From Moniliella sp. 'wahieum' (lineage: Eukaryota): a DNA stretch of 64,000 nucleotides. Every line of letters begins with the position of its first letter. Position 1 is the stretch's first letter. Below the pieces are notes generated by a model. The model searched no databases and had not been told where the DNA came from. It was given only the letters and a program-made list of their open reading frames with translations. This document shows positions 12,952 through 26,290 of the stretch, piece after piece. The stretch spans positions 124,001 to 188,000 of the forward strand of contig RSEE01000006.1 of the NCBI GenBank assembly GCA_003971905.1. The letters are read 5' to 3'. The position numbers were made by a program, and so were the translations under genes.

Positions 12952-13544
12952 TCAGCAGTCAGATTGATCAGGGCTGATAATATGTGGATAAATGGTGTCC
13001 CTGTGGCTTGTTTTCAGCCTGTGCGGTTGGGTGGCTGGCAAAGGCCCGCTCAGGCCTTAGGACGCTTCCGGACACCAGGTCTCCTCGTCCCTCCTATTGC
13101 TTTGTGGGAACACGTGGTTCCCAACGACCTACTCCGCAACGAAACCAAGAGCCAAAATCGATTATTTGAATGTTGCTCCATGACAAGTACGTAGAAAAGT
13201 GGGCGTCTAACCTTTTTTCGGCACATATACCCCGCTGCCCGGGCGGCCGTCCAACTCCGTTGATCTTCATCGGGGAAGGGCGGACAGGGACGTCGGACTT
13301 CCACCCCCTGCCAGGACTCCACCTCTCGCTCGCAGTTCCTTGGGCTTGAGTACGCGCGTCGTGTGTACCCCTCGGGACTCGACGACCTGGTAGGGCAGAT
13401 GCTATCGCAACGTAGAAGAGTAGAAAAGGCAGAATACAGACCCCCCTGTTGCGTCCAAAAAGCGCCTCATCTCCCCCCCCCAATCCCCCCTCCTCGAGAC
13501 CATCTAAGATCCCCCACCACCGCTTCCCTCTTCTGTCGCCCTTG

Positions 13545-13844
13545 ATGCGCACTTGCCACCCGACCTACGCGTACGTTCCCCCCTACTCCCAACTGCTTTT
13601 CGCCTTCCCTCTGGCCCATAGCAGGCACGCACCCCACTAACACCACTGCCCATTCGGCCGTATTTTGTCTTTTCGTGTTGTTGCGCCTGCTCTGCCTTCG
13701 ACCAACAGCCCCACCACGCGTCGCGAGAGCGTGAGCTACGTCCCGGCCTACTGCCCGCACTGCAACGGCCGCCAGATTTGCCGCGCTGACCCGCAAACGC
13801 TCCAAGTCCAGTGCACCCACTGTGGCTACACAGTCGTTCGCTAA
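13545..13844 (+). CDS. 53-aa spliced microprotein with a CxxC-x16-CxxC zinc ribbon (exons 13545-13570 and 13709-13844)
   Basis: ATG 13545, donor GTACGT 13571, branch CACTAAC 13635-13641, acceptor CAG 13708. Splicing gives the in-frame MRTCHPTYAPTTRRESVSYVPAYCPHCNGRQICRADPQTLQVQCTHCGYTVVR* (162 nt). Absent from the ORF track. Confidence 0.65.
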
Positions 13845-15639
13845 CTGCGCGCGCTCTGGTTTGGTGCCCCCCCCCCTTCCCTTTCCAGATGGCCGGCACT
13901 TGCCCGTTACCAATCGGGGTGAAGCGGGGCAAGTGGGGCGCAAATACGGTTGTCTATCTTCTGGTTCTCAGTGGCATCTCCTCAGTCCGGGCCTTGTTGC
14001 GAAGGCTTCTCGTACACCACTCTGCCCCACTCTGCCCCTTTTTGCCTTCTGCTTCTGCTTCATCTGTTTCTGCCTGTGCCTCGGCTCTCCTCCTCTTTCG
14101 GCCTCCCCTCACTGCTTCGCACCTGCAGGGAGGCATGGGGCGTCGATGGCGGGGGACTAGGACGCCGGATGTATGTGGAGGGCGAGGCTGATGGATACAC
14201 CGGTGCCGAGCGACGGTGGTACGTTGCATGGTGCTCGTTCTGCGCGCTCGCCCGGTGTGGCAATTGCTGCAACGTACGAGGCGGAGCCTGTCAGAGCACA
14301 TATAATGCAGTGCGTTCACGCTCTGCAAGGCGATGAGAGGCGGGCGCAGGGATCACTACGGTTGCGTTGCGTGCTACACGAGATACGAAGCGTGCCAAAT
14401 TCTGTTGTACATGTAGAGCGTTAAACGTTAAGTACTAAGCGTGCGAAACAGGATACTGCGGGAGGAGAGGGGGGCGTTGCAAAAACAAGCGCACAGAGCG
14501 AGGCAGAGAAGAGCAGAGAAAGCGAGCAAGAGGAAGAGAAGAAGAACCGAAACGGAAACCGAATGAGAGAAACAGAAAAAGAGGAGAGAAAGAGAGATAG
14601 AGAGAAATCAAAAAAAAAACAAACCAACAAAACAAGCACAGACCGATCAGGCCAGGTCAGGCCAGATCAGAGATCCGATCCGGTTCCCAACGCCGCAATC
14701 CGACCCCATGGATCCGATCCGCAGAGTAGGTGGGAGCCAGCTCAGGCTGAGCACTGAACGCTAGAGTCGCAGGGCCGTGTACAGAAGAGCACAAGGTGTA
14801 CTCTGGGTACCGAACGGGGGTTTCAACCTGGAGTTGGTCGGGAACCTGCGTGAGGCGGAGCACATTGGAGCCCAAACCCTCGGACGCCCGGGTACGATGG
14901 ATCAACGATCAACAGAAGTAGTAAGAACGAGCCATGCACATAAGAAGGATGTGGACGTGGACAAGCAGGCCTCTGCTTGAACCGGTGAGGTAACTGCAGA
15001 GCAAGGTGCAGGGAAGCACAGCGAGAGAGCGAGAGCGAAATGATTCGTGGGCAGGGGGGGCGTGGGTCGTAGTAATTGAAAAAAAGTAGACAACTTCCCG
15101 ACCGTTTCTTTCTTTTGGGGAAACACGTTACCGCGCAGGCGGCGCAGAAGAACGAAAAACGAAGCACGAAGAACGAAGAACGAAGAACGAAGAACGAGAC
15201 TCGGCCCACCGACACTGGAGTCACCCAGCGATGTGGGGGGCCTTAAGTAAACAAAGTAACCGCAACCGATGGCAAACGGGCGGGAGGGGGGTTTAGACAC
15301 AAAAGCAGACTTGCGACCTGAAGCGAAACAAGCGGCGCACAACACCGTACCCACCCACCCCATCTCCCCGTATCTGACTGCAGCCCATTACGTTCGAGAG
15401 GGTCGAAGGTGCATGGGCCTGAAGCGTCCAGCATTATATCGTTACTCGACACTGGTGGACCATCGTAGCGGGGGGCACGATGCACAAGGGCTTAAGGTAG
15501 GTAGGATGGAAGGCCTGGCCACGCGAAACAATTGGATCGAGCACCAACTGTGGGGTGAAGGTTACGCCCCACCGCTCCGGCGCCTATCGGTACCCTGGAA
15601 CTGCCGAGCGAGGCAACCGGCGGAAGGCCAGGGCAACGC

Positions 15640-18205
15640 TCAGCCCGAGCGGTCCGGCACGTGCACCGCTCGGTCCTCTGCGCGCCGCAAGGGTGGAATG
15701 GGCGGGATGGGATGGGCGTTGGACCATACCTGGCCCTGGTCCTGGTCCTGGTCCCACACCTGTACCTGTACCTGCTCCGGGCCCCACTCTTGGCCCACGT
15801 TCACGCCCACGCCCACGTCCTGATTCCGATCCCGGTCTGGCTGGACACGCTCCGGGACAAAGGGGGGGGGGTGAACGGTCGACGCCAAGCTGCCGTTCAC
15901 GCGGATTGGGCCACCCACTGAGGGCGCATCAAGCGAGGCGAGCGAAGACGCGGTGACTTGACGTGACCCTGACCCTGTCTTTGACTTTGACCTTAGCTGG
16001 TCTGGATCAACGTCTGGGTCTAGGTCTGGATCAACGTCTGGGTCTAGGTCTGGATCAACGTCTGGGTCTAGGTCTGGGTCAGCGTCTAGGCGCGTCGGCG
16101 TGGGCGGCCGCGTTCCTGGGGGCGGCAAGCCCGGGATGAAGATCGGGGGAGGACGGGTGTACGCTTGGCCTAGGGTGCGAATCACCTGTTCTACCCCCTG
16201 CTGCCGCAACAACCTTTCGTCCAACACGCCAATCGCCTTTTTCGCATTCAAAGCCAGATAGCCTTGACGAAAGTCGCTGGCCGGCTGGCGCAACTCGGGA
16301 CACAGGTCAGTTACACTGCCCGCTCGTTCTCGTCCTCGGTCGCGTTCCCGTTCCGTTCCCGGTCCCGTTGCGTTGGCGTGGGCTCGCACGTCATGCGGAC
16401 CACGTTCGCGTTCGGCGTGCCTCTGACCCTGATGGCCGTGGGAGCGAAGCGCCAGTACCTCTTCCATTCGTTGGCGCGCTACTTCCACGTGCTTTTCGCG
16501 GTAATGGGCCAACGAGTTGTCTTGTCTCGTGAAGCGTGAGGGGCAGTTACCAAACAGACATCGGAAGCGTTTCAACGCACCGTGCGTCGTGCGCCAGTGC
16601 CGTCCCGCATGACCCGTCGTGCTAAACGTCAAACTGCACCCGGGCCACCCACACGGGTACCGTTTCTTGCCTTGGATCAGCACGGGCGCCATCTTGGGCC
16701 GGTTGGGCGGAGGCGGAGGCGCGTGGGCATGCGGGTGCGGGTGCGGCGGGGCGTGCGGGTGGAGGTGTGGGGGGACATGGGGGGGCACATGGGGATCAGG
16801 CAAGATAGGGTACCCGTCTGCACTGGGACCTAGGACAGACGCTGCAACCCAGATCCCATGCCAAGCGAGTGGGAGAAGTCAGTATGACAAGACAAGCAAA
16901 GCGCGCCAGCGCGGGCACAGCGAACAACGAGCTGGCTGCCGCCAGGACAGGAGAGGAAAAGGAACCGGTATGCGTACCTTGTTGCGGCGGAGGTTGGGCT
17001 GCATAGGGCGTCGTAGTAGGAGTGAAGGGCGAGCTTAGGGCCGCGGACGCGGGCGGGCGGTAAGAGCGCGACTCGGGGTGCATGTGCATGGACATCTGCA
17101 TCTGCATCTGCATGGGCATGGGCATGGGAGGTTCCGAGGTGGCATGGTCAACAGGCACCACGTACCGTTGTGCTGTTAGCCCAGGCAGGCGAGCTGCCCA
17201 TCGGCAGACTGTACCCATTCCCGTCCCCGTCCCCATCCCCATTCACATTTGTATTTGCATTCTCAGTCCCGTGGCCAGGGAAGGGCGGGGGACGGGTGCC
17301 ACGACGAGGGGGGGTAGTGGTGCAGCGGGGCGTCGGCTGCCATCGCCGTGGTTCAGGGGGATAGAGGGGCACGGGGGCGTCATGGGCCAAGGGAGTGGGG
17401 TCCGAGGGGGGGAGGGGGGTAAACGAGGGACGAGGCAGGTCCCGCTGTGGCGGGAGCCCAGTGCCTATGCTCGCGTTCGTGCTCATGTTCGTGTTCGTAC
17501 TTGTGCGGGGGCAGAGGCGGGTGCGGTCGAGTGCGTGCGCGTGCGCGGGCAAATGCGAATCCGAGATGGCGCTGTGGGTCGCTGGGACAGGTGGCGCGAC
17601 AGCCGAAGGATGAGAGAGCGTACCCGACCGAAGAACTCGGTTCGCCACTATGGGCATGGGCCTGGACATGGTACGACGGGGCCAGCTTGCCCACAGGGAC
17701 CGACGAGGGCGGATCGGTATAGGAGGTACTAGTACTGCTCGCCGCCGTCGATAGCACGGTCGGGGCGTTGGCGCCCTGCGCATCGTACAGCGCCGAAGGG
17801 CGGTACACGCTCGGGTCCTGGCTCGATGGGGGTGGGGGGGCAAGGTCTGCCCCTGACTCTGCCCCTGGCTCTGGCTTTCGTCCTGTCCCTGGCCCGTTGA
17901 GGGGGGAGGGACAAAGGGGCGATAAAAAGCGGGCAGGGGCGGAGGAGTTGGGGTCAGTGTGACTGCGTGGGTTGAGCGTCGGACGAGGGAGGTGGGTGGC
18001 TGGGCGGATCGGACGTAGGGCCAGGGTAGGCGTCCACAGCAGAAGGAGCGCTATCTCCCGTGGGAGGGACAGGAAGCGCAATTGCCGGGCCGGCCGGCGC
18101 CGAAGTAGGTCCGACGGGGGGTGGGGAAACCGTATGCGCTAGACGTGGCGCCTCGGACGGCCCACCGCGCGGCTGGCTGCCGCCAGGGAAGCTAAAGTAA
18201 TCCAT
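15640..18205 (-). CDS. C2H2 zinc-finger transcription factor, Nrg1-like (two fingers), long low-complexity N-terminus; start could be as far up as ~19010
   Basis: YPCGWPGCSLTFSTTGHAGRHWRTTH-GALKRFRCLFGNCPSRFTRQDNSLAHYREKH at ~16490-16660. FxTxGHxxRH and RFxRxDNxxxHYRxH are the Nrg1-family finger signatures. Confidence 0.8.
15999..16080. repeat. 24-bp tandem repeat x3 plus partial, encoding (DPDLDPDV)n in the C2H2 factor
   Basis: GGTCTGGATCAACGTCTGGGTCTA repeated three times. Confidence 0.9.
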
Positions 18206-21200
18206 TGGTGCGCTGGCGCTGGAGCTGGAGATGGAGCTGGCATTGGCATTGGCGTTGGCATTGGCGTTGACATTAGCATTAGCATGGGGTGTGGTCGGAC
18301 CGGATGTCGGCCAGGTATGAAGCCCGGGGTGAGGGTGGAAGGGGCAGCTGCGTGCTCGGTCGTGGGGACAAAAGTGGGAGGAAGAGGAGTCGTCACGTCT
18401 GGGCCCACGTCCATTGGCCAGGGAGGACGGCAGTGGGCAGGGTCGAGGGAGAAAGGAGGGAGGTGCAGGGGCGTGCCGCGGAGACGCTTGGCGGGGGGAG
18501 GGTGGGCCTCGGCGCGGCGGGCGGCAGACTGGGCTTTGAGTTTGGTGAATGCCTGGGCTGGGGAGGCAGGCGGGTGAAAGCGGGGAGTGAGGTGGCTGGT
18601 GTCGGGGCGCAGGGGGGCGTGGCGAGGGTGGCGAGGGAGGAGGAGGAGGTGTGGAAGAAGTGGGGGTTGGAGCTGGCGCTGGAGCTGTAGGAGGAGAGGG
18701 AGGATGGGCTGGGCATGGCCCATGGTGGGCGAGAGACGAGGAGGAGGAAGAGGAGGAAGGGTAGGTGCGCTGGAGTGGGCGGAGATCGGGGCGAGGGGTG
18801 CAGTGGCGGGGAGAAGGGTGGTTGGGACGATGCTGGCCAGGGAAGGTGAGAGTGGCGGGGGCTGTGGCATCCACCGTCGCGGTGGTTGCAGGGCTTGGGT
18901 CGTGGCTGGGCCGGAGAGGCGTGGGGAGGGGCATGGGCAGGGGCAGGGTTCGCACCCGGAGCAGGCGGGGCAAAGAGGGGCAGATGGATGTGCGCTCATG
19001 TTTGGTGTGCGGGAGCGGGGGGGGTGGGAGGAAAGGGGGAGAGGATGTGGCAGCACAGCAGGCGGCAGACACGCCGACGCGACGCTGCCCCCAGAGAAGA
19101 GACGGGGAGGAGGAGGAGGAGGAGAGGGAAAGGTCGACGGGGTGGGACGAGAGCGGGGATGGACGGTGTGCCGAGGAGAGCAGTTGGTTCCAGCGGGTTC
19201 AAGTGACAGAGAGGGGCAGGAGGGAGTGTGAAAGAGGTGTTCTAACTGCTGCGACGCGGTCCCGTGTGCGTGTGTGGGTCCGATCTCGACGACGGCCCGG
19301 TTGATTCGGATGGCGAGGGGCGATGCCGAGGCACGGTAGCTGCAGTGGCTGACGTGCACCAGGCGGCAGCGCTGGGCACGCGCCACGCGTGACCAACGTC
19401 TAGCGTCCGTCCAACGTCCAACGGTCAATATTCAATGTCCATCGTCCAACGCCTGCCGTCTTGTACCGTGCAACCCTGGACTGCCACCAGGGCCTTGTCT
19501 ACCAGGGCCACCAAGCCTTACTAGTTACTGCCAACGACCATTGTTCCCCGCGCGGCACCGAGCGCCAAAGAGAGGAGTGGCAGGCCGTCGCTCAAGGCGG
19601 GCGTCCCTGGCGGCGGCTGCGCCCCACTGTTGGTGGGCTACTGCGCAAACCCTGGTGTAAGGGTGGGATCGATTGCTGCTGGCGTGCTGAGCGCTGACGC
19701 CAGGGCCTCCATTTTTTCGGTGCTAGGCGCTGAAGAGCGGCTGGATCGGGTGGAGCGTGAGCGCTGAGCTGAGCGCGTGAGCTGGGTGGTTGGACATGTG
19801 CACGATATGTATACGCTGGCCCTGGGCGGGTCGCAGGGGGGGCGAGGGGATGGGCAGGTGGGACATGTGACGTAGGTGCAGGGGCCAACAAGTGCTGGGC
19901 ATAAGTGCGTCGATGATCGATTATCGATTCGTATTCGGTCGGCCATGGTTGTTAAAACCCCCGAGGTGGAAATGCGGAATACTGAGTGCGCCAAGTGCGA
20001 AAACGTTACCTAGTAACTAGACACTGCCCCCAGCGGCGAGTGGCGTTGAACGTTGAAAGTTCAAGTGAGCGTTGATCGTATCGTTGATCGATGACGATGA
20101 AGAGCTTGGAGCGGCAGTGTGGCGTAGGGTGTGGGATGTGCGATGTGCGATTTCGATCGCAGATGTGAGATGGAGATGCATTCAAGATGCAGCTGCAGAC
20201 ACATCACACGTCACGTGCCAGTCCAGCTGGCTGCTGCACTACCCGAGGAGGGGGGCTGCCCAAGTGCGTCTGCTGCCGTTCGCTTTGCGTCCTCTCGCAT
20301 GCTAGTGGCGTTGTGACATACCTGTGACAGACGTGAGCGTATGTGACACAGGTGATGCATGTGATGAGCGTCATCGACCACACGTGCGTCCCACGGTCGC
20401 ACGTGTAGGCGGCGGTGACGCGTGACGCACGTGACGAGTCCGTCGAGTGGCGTTAAATTTTAAAACGACCCTGGTCCAACGTCCAACCATTTGCATTTGC
20501 AATTGAAATGAAATGAAATGGATCGATTCATGATGCATGATGCATGATGCATGATGCCTTTTCAATTTGAAATGGGAAATGCGGCGGTGCCATCATCGAT
20601 CATTACTCACCGGCTCACCCATCCGCCTCGGAACCGTGGCGATCGGACGCAGCAGAGTCTGGCGCCACGCGGTCCTGCAGGTCACTGGTCATGGTCACTG
20701 GTCACCGGTCAAACATACTAACATCATGCATGATGCATCATGCATCATGCGGTCGTATTCATTCGAGCATCAATTTGAAATGCCTTTTTCGCTTCTGGTT
20801 CGTCGCGTGCATCCATGCCCATTCTCCATGCCGCGTCCCACCCTCTCACCCTCCCTTGTCCCCTCGGCCGCTTGGCACATCTCAGGTCTTCTCAGGTAGC
20901 ATTTCACCTCTCATATATATCATCCATCTCCGTCTGCCCCCATCGGTTTCGGCGGCTGCCGTCTTGGGCCTGTTGGACGCACGCGTCGGAGAATATACGT
21001 GAAGCGTTGTATGTTGAAGCTTGACGTGGATATACTCATCGACTCGTTTCCTCGACTCCTCGAGTGCTCCCCGCTGCTCTTTTCTCTCGCCCATGCAATA
21101 AGTGTGCCCTACAAGGTCTCGCATCGCTGGCGTCGCTCTCCCTTTCCGTACGGCCACGTATGGAATTGCAACTGCCTTCGGTCTAATGTAATGCATGTAA

Positions 21201-21860
21201 TGTTCTTCCATACCAGCGAGCACGACCCGTCTGTCTGCCTCCAGTCACCCTACCCCCTCTGATGGCCAAATAGCATACGACATGAACGCATTTTACAATG
21301 CGCATCGATCGCCTGCTATACCCATCAGTCCTGTGGGCGGTACTGAGGCAGGGCACCGCTCCGCCTGCACCACACTTGCGCCCACCACACTCGGCAGTCC
21401 AGTGGCACCAGAACATCTAACCTAACGGGAGGCAAGCGCCCAGTAGACCAGTAGACCAACATGAACGTCATGAACCATCTCGTTTGGGTTTGGTACGGTT
21501 GCGATACTGTATCTGTGAGATTTGGCATGTGGTAGACGCCCAGGCTGAGGGAGGTGCGGCACAAACTAGGCACCGCTGAGTCGCGGGAGAATAGAGAATA
21601 GATAGATAAGAGCGCACGACGCAGTGCAGTGGGGAGTAGGGGGGGGGGGGGGGGGGGCAGGTGGGGTAACAATGTAGGGCACACGAGATGGGGGGGGGGG
21701 GGCTTAGAGGCCAGTGATCAGAGGTTGAAGCAAGGGGGAAAAGGAAAGAGGAAAGAGGAAAGAGGAAGCACAAGGTAGGAAGTACCACGGGAAACCAACC
21801 ATCACGTACATGTACGCACGTGCTCGTCACATTGGAGCCCACAACGCGCGCGCGTGGTAC

Positions 21861-24800
21861 TCATACAGCGCATCGCATCGCATCTCGAGCGGCAGGCACG
21901 GATCGACTAAGGTTTACCGCGTCCACCGCGTCGGCGTGGGGGTGCCGGGAAGAGACATGATAGAGCGGTAAAACGTCGTGACCTGGGACGGGGGCAAGTC
22001 CGTTCGGTCTTGCGCAAGTCAGCGCACTGGGATGACGCAACGGCGCAGCATGTTGGGACGAGGTAGCTGACGCGGCACGCCGACTGGCAAGTCGGTGCGG
22101 TACTTGGACTTGCAGCTCGCGCATTTTGCCCTTACGTGTGGACCGGTGCGTGTCAAGGTACCCGACTGGTTGTGGGAGCTGCGTAGGTGTAGATTGCGCC
22201 ATCGGACCGGGTTGGATGCCTGTGGTTGTGCCTGTGGCTGGGAGGGCGGGAGGGTGTGGGGTGGTGGCTGTTGGGGCTGTTGCGGGACCGGTTGCGGGAC
22301 CGGGTGGGGGACCGATTGCGCGGCCGGTTGAGGGGCGACAGGGGTGGCAAAGTGGACTTGTTGAAGATGAAGTTTTTGCTGATGCTGGGCAAGTTTGTAG
22401 CGCTGATCTTCCTGCAGGAGCGTAGCGAACGATTGTTCCATCAGCTTGGATGCCTTGGAGCCTTCTGGCGGCAAGGTCAGGGGGAAGAAGGGTGGGGTGC
22501 CGCTCCGGGCCGGTGGACACCAACGTCGGCGATGTTAGCGAGGTGGACCAGGACCCCCCACTTGCGCGTTTGCGAGGTGACAGACTGGCAGTTGTGGCGT
22601 GGCTGGGCTCCCAGCCTGTTGAGCCTGGAGGACCCGGCGCGGGCAAATTGCTCCCGGCCCCATTGGCATTGACATTGGCATTGGCATTGGCATTGATATT
22701 GGCATTGGCGTTGGCATGCACAATGGACAAAGCCGCCGAGCCAAACGGTACAGGCTCGACCCCTACGCCGGACCCACCCAGAGCGACCATCGTCGGTCCA
22801 ACAGCTACGGAGGACGCGCGCGATTTGCGATGCATGCCCCATGGCTGAGCCGGGATCGATCCGGCTCCGAGCAGGGGGGCAGGAGGAGAGGGGGACGGGT
22901 CGACGGATCCGGATCCTGAACGGGAAAACGAGCCGGAGCCAGAGCCGGAGCCAGAGGCGGACCCGGACCTCCTCTCCCCCACGGCGCTGGTCCCAGGCGC
23001 GTCCGGTCCGGTCGGCATGGTAAGCACGCCAGAAGAGGTGGGGGAGACCAAGGACGTGCGCGACCCAAAGGAAAACGCACTGAACTGGTTCTGCAGGCCT
23101 GCGGCGCCGTCGCGGGGGCGGAGGTGGTCGGGGCCAAACTGGGCGAAGGGAGGGAAGGGAGTAAAGGCAGAGGAAGCAAAGCGAACCGAGGTACGTTGGG
23201 CCACCAGAGGAGAATCTAAAGGACGAAGCAAGATGGCGAGACGAACGTGGGCCTTGATCATGTCGAGGTAGAGTTGGTTCAGCTGGTTGGCCAGAACGAT
23301 GGCTGCGGCCATGAGGCGTTCCTTTGTACTTTTTTGCAGTGGCGTCAGGACGGAAAAGTGGCGCGCGGTACGCTGGTACGAAGGTAAGGCCGAATCGGCC
23401 GCTTCGAGCACCGCACGCGCAGACTTGATCTTCTCTTCAAACTTGCTCTCTAGCTCGGCCAGGCGCGTCTCTCGCGCTGTCGAGTCACGTTGGCTCTGCG
23501 AGTCGCTACGTAGCGCGTCTGGTGCACCACTGATTCCGCGTGCGGAAAGGCTGCTGGCTCGGCCGTCGGGGGTCAGCTCCTGGCTGCCCTGACTGCTGGC
23601 CGTCGTGCTGCGTCGTTCGGCCAATGCGTCTTGGGGCGTCAAACTAGCAGAGATGGCGGAAGCCGTCGAGCCACGCCGCACACGCGCCAGCGCAATCAAT
23701 TCGCCCTTGGTAAACCCGTCCACCTTGCGTACCCCGGCCCAGCGCATTGTCGCTGCAAAGTTGATTTTCGCCATCCAGTCGTCCCGGTCCGACAAGGACG
23801 AAGTCTGGAAGAGAAAGAGACGCTGGACGTTGGTGCTGGGGTTGTCGCTGCGTACCTTGAATGCGTTCGGCACCTTCTGTGTCTCCTCGTCGCAGAACGC
23901 AACCGCATCGTACAATGGCACGAGATAGTCCGGGCAAAAGTTGGAGATGACATCGTCGGCCTTCTTGGGGTCCTGAGCGGCCTTGATCAAGCGCTGCAAC
24001 ACCATATCGGCATACGACGCGTCTTTAAAGATGACCAGCTGGGCACTGGTAAGTAACAACCCCCAGCGCCGAGCGCGCGAGGAGGATGAAGACCAATTGG
24101 ACGACACTGGTTTCCGCACCGAGATGCTGTCCGACTCGTCCCGCCCATGCACCACATCCAGCTTGCAGACACGAATGGTGTTGATCACCTCGGTGGCCGG
24201 GGCTGCGACCGATGTGTATACCGCCAGGGGAGGAAGGCGAGCCCATTGCAAGGAGGACCGGTCCAACTGGCGGAACGAATGATGGGCGCATCGCAAAAGT
24301 GGTGGAGAAGTTTGATAGCATCGAGGGAAGTGTAGTCTTCCATGACGCGCATGGAGGATTGCAGCGTGAACAGGCGGGCCAAGTCGTCCGACAAGTCATG
24401 GTATCGTCCGTTGAGGAGCAGCGGGTACGGGTTGCCCTTGGACTTGAACCGTTTCTTGTCTTTGGCCTGGTCCGCATACACAAACGGGGCACACGTCACG
24501 TTGTCGTACATGTACTCTAGCAACTCCATCGACTGCATCGACTGGATGATGCCCGAGGTGTTCCTGACATAGTCTGCCTTGGTCATCTTGGTCTTGAGGT
24601 TCTTGTTAAAGTGGTCAGTATGCAGAAGCATGACGGAGGTGGTAAGGATGTAGGGGGGATCTGAGGCACCAGCACGTTAGCATACAGGGGAAAACGATCA
24701 CGTAGGAATGGCGGTCAACGCACCTGGATTGGTAAAGATGTCTGAATTGGCCTGGGCATACCGAATGGCGAACGCCTCGAGCATTCGATCAATCTGCTGC

Positions 24801-26290
24801 GATTCCTGCGGCAGCGGGACTTGGAGCAAGAACTTCCGCAGCGCCATATCCAATGGGTCACTGGCACAGTCAAACTTCTCCATCCCGGTACGAAGCGCAT
24901 CAATGTAGAACGCATCACCGTACCCAGCCAAGGTGACCAACGCTTCTGCGTGGCTCATATGCCCCAACAGCCGTCCATAGAACAGTTGGGGCTTTCATGC
25001 CCCTCGGGCTGAAGCTTAGACCCGTCTGGCAGCTTGACTGGCGGAAGGGAAGCGTACGCATAGTCGGTCGTTTCCACCAGTGGTTTGGTTTCCCTCCCTC
25101 GCGTCTCAACCGCATGGGGGTGATCACGTTGTCCAGAGGGACCCGACTGAGCCAACTGGGCCTCGTCGCTGTTGCCGGTATCCAACTCCGAAGGCGGGGC
25201 AAGAGACGTGGCCTCTGATTCTCGGCGCGCCTCGAGACAGGGAGCTGGGGGCAACGTCGGTCGTTGGGGAGTCGTGTAGGAGTTGGGACATTGAAGGGGC
25301 ACAGAAGCGTGCTCGGAACCCGGGTGGGACACAATGACAGGGCCGGTAGACGTCCGAGTCAAGATGGCACCCGGGAGCGAATGCCGCTCGTCATCTCGTC
25401 TTCCGTCGCATCAGAGGGAACTCCGCCCTCGAGCGTCGGAGGTCTGGGGCAAAGGCAAGAGGGAGACCAGGTTCTTCGCTGGCCTGCGAGACGCAGGAGG
25501 CATACGACTCGGATAGACCGACATGTGCTTCAACTCATCACCCAACCGAACAGGGAAATCGGCTGGGCCAAGGAGGGCCGAAGGGCGGCGGGAAGCAGGT
25601 TGCGTGGAGCCTCCTTGCCCTGGTGCGGAGGCAGGTCCAGGCCCAGACCAAAGATGGTGGCGCCAGGCGAACGTGGGTTGGAGTGAATCGGGAACGGCGA
25701 GCTTGGTGGAGGAAGCATTGTCAGGAGGGGTGACAAGAGCAAGTGGCTTGAGCAATGACTGGCGGCGCGAGACGGGCTCGGACGCCAAGCCGCCGTGGCT
25801 GTGGGAGAGGGCAGCGGATGTGCTGTCTTCATTGGGACGGGGGGCCTGTGGGTGGGAGCATCAGTACATGACAAAGCGCAGCAGCGCAGCGGCAGAGCGC
25901 AGAGCAGCAGCAGCAGGGAGGCACGTACCGTGGAGGGACGCTTGCTGGAGCGCGCGGGCGGGTAAAGACGCGTGGATGCTCGGTTGGGGAGACAGGCGGG
26001 ACGGGTGAGGTGGGGAGGGAGGAGAGCGGAAGGAGGGGGTGGCTGGAGGGCTGGGAGGGCGGGCAGGGGGCAGAGGGGATGTGGGTGGGGGCCTGGCTGG
26101 GGCGGGGGGGCGGGTGCAGCCCGTCGTGGAGATGGTGCGGGGAGAGCATGGAGCGGGGCGGAGCTGCGGCGTGGCGTGGCGTGGGGAGGCGAGGGCAGGG
26201 TGCGGGTGGGGTGCGGGTGGGTGAGAGGGAGGGGAGGGATAGGGGGCGTAGGCTGGCCCGGGCGGAGCCGGGGGCGAGGCTGGAGAGCAT
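21861..26290 (-). CDS. Sec7 + PH domain ARF guanine-nucleotide exchange factor (Syt1-like); intron 24661-24723; termini approximate
   Basis: Sec7: DPLDMALRKFLLQVPLPQESQQIDRMLEAFAIRY (catalytic Glu), YILTTSVMLLHTDHFNKNLKTKMTKADYVRNT, LLEYMYDNV. PH: RRWGLLLTSAQLVIFKD ... FLFQTSSLSDRDDWMAKINFAA. Confidence 0.87.

Noticed and set aside
13077..13155. TCCTA...AAACCAA hairpin resembling the snR30/U17 m1/m2 motifs
   Set aside because: m1 lacks the UAUUCC core and there is no ACA box 7 nt after m2. Kept only as part of the structured-region finding.
17000..19430. Many long overlapping Pro/Gly/Arg-rich ORFs on both strands (also 25500-27000 and 40300-42000)
   Set aside because: Expected from GC-rich low-complexity sequence and antisense shadows of real genes; no domains.
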